Made by a program: the position numbers and the translations under genes. Below the pieces are notes generated by a model. That model searched no databases, had not been told where the DNA came from, and saw only the letters and a program-made list of their open reading frames with translations. A DNA stretch of 60,844 nt, counting the filler, from Diploschistes diacapsis (Eukaryota): assembly GCA_023645945.1 (NCBI GenBank). It is 6 parts of 6 records of this genome, joined end to end, with 100 filler letters (N's around TTAATTAATTAA, not from the genome) between each part and the next. Parts side by side here need not be neighbours in the genome. Positions count along the whole stretch, not along the records: positions 48,188 to 54,473 come from JALAIB010001415.1; positions 54,574 to 60,844 come from JALAIB010001416.1; 4 more parts are not named here. One strand, written 5' to 3'. This document shows, piece by piece, positions 49,871 through 58,276 of this stretch (within the stretch, counting starts at the first letter, position 1; each line of letters starts with the position of its first letter).

Positions 49871-51503
49871 TCATGCAGTTTGCAACCAACTTTCCGGACC
49901 ACTGCCGGTTCTTCTTCTATCTTTTTTCAAGGGAGAGAATTCTTTGAGCAATCCAGCCGGTGGACGTCCGCCTCTCGGAGCTAAAGTAATTCTGTGGGAT
50001 CCAACAAAACCTGACTTCGCCGGTCGTTCAGCTTTGTCCGCTCTGCCCTCGTCGTCCTCGAAGATCATTCTCCCTGAAGCTGGTCCAAGTATCTTTCTTT
50101 TCTTTTTGTTCAAGAAACCCATGGCTATTTCATCAATCTGTGGGTGTCCCCTCACCCCTCCTCCATTGGCTGCGGTATCCGGTTCAACGGTATATATTGG
50201 AGATAAAAGAGCAGTATCCAAGATCTCTTCCGGAACTCGATCCAGGCTTGTAGGTTTCTTGTTACCTCCTCGACTCCTCGATCTTGTAAGATTTTTCGCG
50301 TTAAAGACTGGCTTAATCCGGGGTGGCTTCATTTCCTTTTTGCCCGATGCATATTCAACAGGTGAAGATGTCACAGTCGTGCGAGAATCTTCCGAGTGTT
50401 CGGAGGCAGGCTCATCTGATGCTTGTGGAGACCTGTTAGGCGGTAGGATCGCTGTGCGATTGAGGAATGGGGTTATAGAAAAAAGTGATTTGTCACCAGG
50501 CAGCGCGGATCCACGCCTCAACTTCTTTGTGGCCGGCATGGTACCCGGTGTCCCAATTGCTGTGTCCTCCCTTACTTGTTGTATGTTTCTGTTCTTCGGA
50601 TTCTTGGCAACTTGGACCAGATTGAACGTGCTATGGTTTGCCAGGCTCGAACGACTTGTAGTCTGGACCTCCTTTAACTGCTCCCGCGTGGTCTTGAGTC
50701 TTACTCGAAGGGCATCGATCTTGGACTCTAGAAGGTTTCGTTGTGACTCAAGTTCCACTTTTAGTTTGCGCCCTTCACTTTCGTACCTTTGGCAATCCTT
50801 TCGTTCCCGTGCCAAATCCGACTGCAACAATTCTAGTTGTGATTTGAGGTGCACATGATCTGTAGATCTCTCGTGCTCTTTTGAGATGGCACGCTGAAGT
50901 GAGCGCTGTTCTGTCTCCAGCTCCACCCTAACTGTATTCAGCTCTCTTTGTAAGGATAGTTTTTCTGCCAATAGTTTTTCGCCAACCGTGCATTGTGCAC
51001 GTAAGTGTTCAACCTCTGCTTTCATAACTGACATTTCCCGTGATAAAGCAAGCTTTTCAGCAAGAATTGCTGTCGAGTCTTTGGAGACGACACGGAGAGA
51101 TCTCAGCTCTGTCTTCCGAACCGTCAGTGTCAAGTTTCCAGTAGTCGTTGGCTTAGTACCTCAAGGTTCTCAGCCTCCCGAGACTTCGAATGCAAGGTTT
51201 CTTCTAATCTTTTTGAAGTCCGCTCTTGGTCCAAAACCTTCTGCTCCGACTGCTCCACGCGGCGTCTCAGAACACTGGCGTGATTCTGTTCAGAGCACAA
51301 CTGTAGTTGAAGTTGCGAGTTCTGATCCTCGGAGAGCAAAAGCTTGACTTCCAGCGTTCTCGTCCTTTCATCCCCAAGAACTACGTCGACAAATCCCTGA
51401 ATTCTGGCATATGCTAGCTCCAGCGCGTGTAAGTCCTTCCACAGATTAGTACTTCTCCAGGTTAAGGAGGAGGAGTACTAACCAAATGAGACGTATTATG
51501 CAT
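49871..51503 (-). CDS. Coiled-coil protein with basic NLS-like C-terminus (~512 aa); exons 51503-51483, 51435-51160, 51112-49871
   Basis: Heptad-rich N-half with repeated LAEKLAL/LAEKLSL; GDKSLFSITPFLNRT, KKKRKILG, FSPLKKDRR; exons sum to 1539 nt. The first exon is less certain. Confidence 0.82.
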
Positions 51504-51757
51504 CACGATGCTAAAACTAGATACACTTTAATCAACGTTGAAGCTGGCTAAAAGTAGTTGATGTCATACAGGCAGTATCACTATACATAATATATAAAAA
51601 GCGCGATTGTTTCGGTTGCCGAAAGTAAACAAAAGCTAAACACTATAAAGTGACCGGTCAGAATGAAGGGTAGCACCGCTTTAGTAAGCGCCACGCCAGA
51701 ATACTAACCTAAATAGGTTAGTCAGATTGCTTATTAAGATTTTAATGCATTTAAATA

Positions 51758-51967
51758 ACGTGTTTCACCACTTAACGGATCACACCATAAAGCGGCTCAC
51801 CACATTATAATGTAGATGCGCTAGATAGTTTTAAGCGAGCTTTTGAGCCTTATAACCACATATAAAATTATTTGTACGAAAGGTGAAAATGTTAAGAAAT
51901 ATATTTTACGAAAGTGCAGGGATTGTGAGCCGCTTTATGATGTGATCCGTTAAGTAGTAAAACACGT
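51758..51967 (-). mobile_element. MITE, 210-bp derivative of the 49401 family
   Basis: TA|ACGTGTTTCACCAC..AAACACGT|TA; the interior is the reverse complement of 49401-~49555. Confidence 0.88.
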
Positions 51968-52019
51968 TATTCTAGAACATAATAAAATATTAATAATAAT
52001 TATCGAATATTATCCAATA

Positions 52020-52229
52020 ACGTGTTTCACTATATAACGGATTATCTCACAAAGCGGTTTATAATCCCTGCACCTTCGTAAAATATATTTCTTAACATTT
52101 TCACCTTTCGTATAAATAATTTTATGTGTGGTTGGGGGGCTTAAAAGCTCGCTTAAAACTATCTAGCGCAATTATATTATAATGTAATGAACCGCTTTGT
52201 GGGGTGATCCGTTATGTAATGGAACACGT
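52020..52229 (+). mobile_element. MITE, 210-bp derivative of the 49401 family
   Basis: TA|ACGTGTTTCACTAT..GGAACACGT|TA; same interior (CCCTGCACCTTCGTAAAATATATTTCTTAACATTTTCACC) with C>T/G>A changes. Confidence 0.88.
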
Positions 52230-52379
52230 TACCCCAGATTATTCTAGAATATTCGGTTTATTAATTAGCACAATACTAACCTAGATAGGTTCGTCAGATT
52301 GCTTATTAAGCTTTTAATATATTTAAAGGTTTTAAAAGGGTTTAAAAGGTTTTAGGAGGTTCTAAAAGGTTCTAGAATA

Positions 52380-53644
52380 AAGACAGTGGCACTAATTTTT
52401 TGCCCCCACCCAAATTTTTGAAAAACTAAATACTCACCATTCAACTTCAACACGCCATAAATGGGCCTGGGAAGCGAATTAAAACCTTATCAACGCAATA
52501 AATTAATTAGAACAGTCAAAAATGACATTCCTATTAAAAAAGCTGTAAATACCTTAGGTATTAATTACTGGACTGTACGATATATCTAACGAATGCGCGA
52601 CCGTCATTTTCTCGGATAGATCGATTAAAACCGCCTAAATCGACCACGCGAGATTGTTAACGACCAAATCGGCCGTTTATATAAATATCTTAATATTCAA
52701 CCTTTATTTTAATAGAAAGAAATTATTAATTTAAGAAACGTATCGCGAAAAATATTATAAAAAAGATTGACAGAAATCGATCTAAATTTTAAACAATATT
52801 TAACGCGTTGACGACCGTATATCAACGAAATAATCGTTTTAAACGTTATTAATATATTTTATAATATTACCGATTTTCTGAAGAATAATAAAAATTAATT
52901 TGATTTATAGACGAATATTCAATTTGTATAAGAGATAAAGAACAACGTTTCTGGGTTTAGAGACATACGGGGAAGCAATATTTATTATAACATATCGTCG
53001 AAACGGCCAATACTAGTTATACGGTGATAATATGGGTTATTATGCATCACGATGGCCGAATATTTTAGTGTTTTTGCGACGAATATTATGCTGAAAATAA
53101 ATGTCTTACGGGGGCTGGATATCTTCGATTATTACGGGATTTTTTTACCACAGTTTTACGAAGCGGGACAAAAATGCAAAGATGCATACTGCGCGCGAAA
53201 CTATTCAACTTTTAGAATAATACGGCGTATGGTGTTTGCCCCATCCTTTTCGCAGTCCTGAGCTTAATTGTATCGAACATTTTTGGTGGAGGGTGAAACG
53301 CGTGGTTTTCGAGCTTCATCCTGAGCTTAAAACAATGGTAGGGGGTATAGAAAAGATTAAAAAAGCATTAAAAGTAGCGATTAGGGATGCTTTTTTAAAT
53401 ATTTTAGGTGATAGTTCTTTCGATTTACTTCAGCGATTAGTCGATTCAATGCCGCGGCGGCTGGATGCTTGCAGACTCCCTAAAGGAGGGGTTACTAAAT
53501 ATTAAAATAAACATTAGATATCTAGCTTTCTAATGCATTAAAAACTACTTAATTATCTTTAATATTGATAAAGTTATGAGCGTTCAAAACGTAGACAAAT
53601 TTTTTGGTGGTCGGGATGGGGCAAAAACTTAGTGCCTAGTACTT
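52380..53644 (+). mobile_element. Tc1/mariner DNA transposon (~1265 bp), inactivated
   Basis: Imperfect TIRs AAGACAGTGGCACTAATTTTTTGCCCC and GGGGCAAAAACTTAGTGCCTAGTACTT; TA on both flanks; transposase remnant inside. Confidence 0.85.
52461..53505 (+). pseudogene. Tc1-family DDE transposase pseudogene
   Basis: Starts MGLGSELKPYQRNKLI; C-terminal SPELNCIEHFW (Tc1 SPDLNPIE motif) and LVDSMPRRLDAC..GGVTKY*; many internal TAA/TAG stops and strong TpA excess. Confidence 0.85.
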
Positions 53645-54069
53645 TATTTTAAAGCATAATAAAATATCATCGAAGATTATCGAATTGTAAACGATAGAAT
53701 ACGATAATGTGACAAGATGGCTTTAGCAGGGTGGATTCATGCTAGGACTAATTACTAGAGAAGAGGAGAGAGTAAGAAGGGTAAAATCCCCTTTTCAAGT
53801 ATTAGTCAGCCAAGATCCTGTATAACGTTTGTACACTTGGCGCCTTTAGCGTTTTTTTAGCTTAGTCTTATAATTATTTTTCTCCTTCCCACTTTGGTTT
53901 TTTAGAATTACCTGTATGGTCCTTTCGTTATTTATTAAGGTAGATTAAGGGGTTAACTTGACTTATATGGTTATTATCTTGATCTCCTAATATAAGTCGA
54001 GTTTGATTAATACCTTGAATCCGCGTCTTTCGCGTAAATCACGTGTTAACGTCTTGTTCTGGCTTTATA

Positions 54070-54473
54070 ACGTGTTTCACTGTCATCTGGGCCACCCCCC
54101 CATCTGGGCCACTTTTGCCAAGAAATATTTTAAATCTTTAATAACTGTTTGGCAACGTAATGGATATATTGAAGTCTAGAGGTCTTGTCCTAGGAAGTAA
54201 TCCTACTATACAGACTTTTATACCCCACGGGACTCACTAAGCCTTACTACCCACACTACACTTGATCGGTCTAATCAGGATTCCACCGGATTCTATAAAA
54301 TTTAATTAAACTAAACTGAATTGAATCTCGGTAAGTTCATCTGAACTAAACTTCCCGGGTTCTTTTAGTAAATCTCCCGAAATAAGCCGAGTTTATAATT
54401 ATATCTTCCGTCTATCTACTCAACATTTCCCTATAGACGGAACTATCTAGTAACTTATATTAACTTATTTAGA
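54070..54473. mobile_element. End of another ACGT-terminal (Fot1/pogo-like) element, truncated by the gap
   Basis: TA|ACGTGTTTCAC matches the MITE ends, followed by a different subterminal direct repeat CATCTGGGCCAC x2; AT-rich. Confidence 0.55.
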
Positions 54474-56285
54474 NNNNNNNNNNNNNNNNNNNNNNNNNNN
54501 NNNNNNNNNNNNNNNNNTTAATTAATTAANNNNNNNNNNNNNNNNNNNNNNNNNNNNNNNNNNNNNNNNNNNNTAAGCTCTAAAAAAGAGCTCTAAAATG
54601 TATGGAGAAAAGGGAGTTTCAATAATAAGAAATGTTATCACGTGACATGAGTACTAAATGACTTGAGGAAATGCACATACAAATTTATATAGGACCTAAC
54701 TTAGCGTGTATGCAGATTAATTGTCAGCCCTACGAGGTTTGTATGGACGGGGTGGGGAGCAGGTGGTGCTCCCGAATCGCCCTGAGATCGACCCATGCTC
54801 GAGACTTTGTGATCACGTGCGTGACAGTACCAACGGTCATGATTCAACATGCAAGGTTCATCCATTCATCTATTTTGAAGTTGTTCCCAGTTGCACGTCC
54901 TTGCGCCGCCTTTTCTACCGGTATCGCTCTTCCCTTAACTGCCGCACCAAGCAACCGGTACTTTCCATTAGAAAGCCGCTGACAGCACCCAGATACCCGG
55001 CGCAAACACTGAGAGCCTCTATCAACGAGACTATCCTCAGGGCCGGAGGTTATAATATTCTCGAATAGCTCCTGAGCAACGTCGTATAGGGAACTACATG
55101 CGCTTGGGCCAGCGCTGCCAGACTCGCCGGCTCCGAGACTCGTCAAGACTGTTATGATCGAAAGAAACACGACGCAGGTGGGGCAGAATCCGGGTCCGCG
55201 GAAGAGAAAGAGTTTGTGAGATTTAACGCTCTCTCGTACGATCCATAATATCCCTTGAATTCCCTGAGGTGGTTCACGACGTTGTGCAGCTACACGCGGC
55301 ATTCTTGCGTCAATGTCCTTCTTTCCGTAGTGATGGAGGATGCAAAGGCCGCGGAGATAGAGATGCCGCCCATGGCGTATTCGGGAACGTCCATCCCGAG
55401 CAGTTTTCGATGATCAGGATGAGGCGGTGGTCGGTATCTTGAGCGGGATGCATCAATATTTTGAAGTGCGTAGATAGAGAAGTCAGGAATTTTTTGGTGG
55501 GCATTGCACCGTTAAGATGCGTCGAGGAAGAATCTTCTATCCTTGAGTCGAGATGGATGGGCTCGCGTTCTGGAGTGGACGCGAGACAGAAGGTGAACAC
55601 TTGCTGTATCTTTATTGGCTCTACGATACGTGATTTCCTAGACTGTTGCCGGTCACGTCCTCCTCTACCTCGATGTCGTGGGACGATCTAAGGACCCCGA
55701 TGGCTGGATTACGCCTCGCATGCACGTGCCTGTAGCCAGATCTCTGGGTCCATCGCGAGACGTGTGACGCGACGTGCGACGTGGATCACGCAGCACCTTG
55801 GTGCGGTAAAGGTAGGGAAAGCAGAGGAGGCAGGTTGTTCTGCAAGGGGGGCGGCGCGCCGTCGGCGGATCATCGTGCGCGAAATCCGCGACCCTTGAAA
55901 GGAGGGAGCTAGAGACAATCCTGACAGGTGGTGCGGCGGGCTAGATGGGGTAGTTTGCGACGATGAGGTTGCTGTGGACAGGGTGGTGGAGTGGGTTAAG
56001 TACTGTGTGCGGTGGCAAGTGAAGTTAGCATCGCCCTTCAGTCGTTGAGAATGTGCAGGCGATATGGAAGATATAGCTTCTGGTGGTCTCTATTGAAGCA
56101 GAGTGGACAAGGTATATGAGGCTCCATTGCTGAGGTTCGTAAGCTTGTCTCAATCTTGTTGATATCGCTAATGAGTACATAGAAATACACAGCAAGCTTT
56201 CCATGCCCGTCCAATATTCTAAGCACCATAGTCCATCAGTTATCGTACATTCGTGGCATTACCCTCAACTCAGTTCTCATGTCAG

Positions 56286-57623
56286 TTACAATGAAGCTTT
56301 CGAGTCCAAGTGCGGGAAGACGTGCTGCAACTCCGATCCAGAAGCTGTTTCTTTGTCCGGTTCGGCATGCAGCTTCTTTGAATCTGTCGAACCAGTGAGA
56401 CTCCAAGCCGGCTTTTCTGAATTTGAGTCGTTACTGCTTAAGTCTTCCGCCGGCCGCACTTTACTCTTCTCCAGCTCCTTGCTCACAGCGATCCTATACT
56501 CACCTGTGAGCTTCAACGACTCGTCCACCTTCCTCGTCAGCTGCTCAATTTCCTCATTCAGCGCCTCATCCTTTTTTACCTTCGCTTTTTCTATACTCTC
56601 ATATCCCTCTCCTTCCTGATCCATCTTGTTCCACTTCTCTTTCTCCCTAATCCACCCGTCTGGGTGAAACTCCCTCCACAGCGCCTCCAACTCCTCTACC
56701 CACCCCAGCGCCTTCGCTAACCTTCGAACCCCATCATCGCACTCCCCCAACATCAAGATGTCGTCCGGGCTACTCCCGAGACCCCCCACCCTCTCCTTGT
56801 TAATCAGCACCTGCGGCACCCCCTTCCTCACCATCTCCGGCAGCATAGCGAAAGGGTGCACTTTCAACGACGTCCCCATAACAATCGCAAGGTCCGCTTC
56901 TGCCGGGATCCTCAGGCTCTCGAAAAAAGCCTGCGGCAGCGCTTCCCCAAAGAACACTATGTCAGGCTTGACCAGCCCGTTGCACTGCGGCACCGCACAG
57001 TGCGGGACCTCCCGGTCCATGACGCAGCGCCGCATCTCCGCGTCCGGAAATTCGGTCTTGCACTCGATGCAGCGCTGCCGGGCGAAACTCCCGTGCGCCT
57101 CGACGATCAGCGAGTCCGGCACGCCAGCCTCGCGTTCAAGGCAGTCGATGTTCTGCGTGAAGCATTTCAATAGTATGCCTTTGGTGTGCAACAGTCGGAT
57201 GAAGCAGTGGGCTAGCGTCGGCCGGTACTTGCCAGGGTACAGCTCGTGCGCGAGGGTGTAGAAGGGTAGCGGGTTAGAGCGGAAGAAGGAGATGTCAAAG
57301 ACGGCTTCCGGGTAAGGGAGGTTGAGCCGGGCGAGGTTTGCGTAGAGGCCGGTGCCGGGAGAGCGGAAATCCGGGATGCCGGCGGCGGTGGAGATGCCCG
57401 CGCCGACCTGGGGTGCGTTAGCGGCATTTCCCCCATCATCGAGTATTGGAATAAAAGGGGGGGGGGGGTGTTGAGTTTCCTCAGATAGATCTTCAAAGCT
57501 TACCATTAAGACGACCTTCTTCACATTCCCATCTTTAATATGGTCCGCAAGTGCATCCAACGTCCTAGCCTTCAACGTCCTCGGTGGCCCATCTGCAATC
57601 GTTTTTGATTGTTCGTTACCCAT
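56286..57623 (-). CDS. HST2: NAD-dependent deacetylase, class I sirtuin (Hst2/SIRT2-like, 413 aa); exons 57623-57504, 57407-56286
   Basis: GAGISTAAGIPDFRSPGTGLY, FTQNIDCLE, EAHGSF, Zn ligands CIEC and CAVPQC, KPDIVFFGE, GTSLKVHPFA, LINKE; intron GTAAGC..GCTAAC..CAG. Confidence 0.93.
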   Translation of the reverse strand: MGNEQSKTIADGPPRTLKARTLDALADHIKDGNVKKVVLMVSFEDLSEETQHPPPPFIPILDDGGNAANAPQVGAGISTAAGIPDFRSPGTGLYANLARLNLPYPEAVFDISFFRSNPLPFYTLAHELYPGKYRPTLAHCFIRLLHTKGILLKCFTQNIDCLEREAGVPDSLIVEAHGSFARQRCIECKTEFPDAEMRRCVMDREVPHCAVPQCNGLVKPDIVFFGEALPQAFFESLRIPAEADLAIVMGTSLKVHPFAMLPEMVRKGVPQVLINKERVGGLGSSPDDILMLGECDDGVRRLAKALGWVEELEALWREFHPDGWIREKEKWNKMDQEGEGYESIEKAKVKKDEALNEEIEQLTRKVDESLKLTGEYRIAVSKELEKSKVRPAEDLSSNDSNSEKPAWSLTGSTDSKKLHAEPDKETASGSELQHVFPHLDSKASL

Positions 57624-58276
57624 CTTGGCCCGCCGCTTGGGGCCTAGGAAGGGGTTGACGTGCCCCCCGCAACGGCGACAGCTCCGAGTCAAGCGCCTAC
57701 TTGATCCGGAAAAGAGCTCCTCTGGCTCTACCTGGATCAGGTAGTTATAGATGATGAGCGATGTATAAAGAGAGAGGGATCGCAACGGTAGCTATACAGT
57801 TATACTGGCTGAAATCTCATTAGCCGAACGCCAAGAACTGTCAAAGCTCTGGCCCTCCTTCTGCTGCTGCTTTAACAGCTTTATGGAGATGGTTCAGTAC
57901 AAGTAGATACAGAGGTACAGCGGAGCAGTATTATTGTTAACTCTCTATGTATGACTGGTAGTTGATGATGGCACTGAGTATACGATCTGAACTTGAGAGC
58001 TAGGTGTACGAAGTAGTACTCCTGTAGGCGCTTGCTAGGGCAAGACTAGCGAGAGGAACGCGCTAATTCTAATGGATAGAGCAACAGGAAGGTGCGAATA
58101 AAAGTTTGTTGACTTGGTTTGATAGGCCTGTTCTTTTACTTCTCATCCCACTGGGCAGAGTTTTTGATCGAAACTGTTTCGGGGCATGTGCACAGTAGTC
58201 TTGTACGAAGAAATGCCTAGTTATACACTAGTGAGATGGTAGACAAGCATTTCTCACAACCCTGTACTTAACAACC

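Larger units (their letters stand above)
51697..52265 (+). repeat. Partial copy of the 48802-49233 repeat, inverted relative to it, interrupted by two MITEs
   Basis: CAGAATACTAACCTAAATAGGTTAGTCAGATTGCTTATTAAG is a near-perfect reverse complement of 49189-49230; removing the MITEs restores ..TATTCTAGAACATAAT..TATTCTAGAATATTCGG.. Confidence 0.75.
52272..53687 (+). repeat. Second partial copy of the LTR-like repeat, split by the Tc1/mariner element
   Basis: AATACTAACCTAGATAGGTTCGTCAGATTGCTTATTAAG..GGTTCTAGAATA, then the element, then TATTTTAAAGCATAATAAAATATCATCGAAGATTATCGAA. Confidence 0.7.

Noticed and set aside
56286..56300. Sirtuin C-terminal ASL as a peroxisomal PTS1
   Set aside because: It lacks the basic penultimate residue of canonical PTS1.
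57624..57785. N-terminal extension of the 499-aa sirtuin ORF
   Set aside because: It begins at a non-ATG codon; MGNEQS at 57623 is the plausible start.
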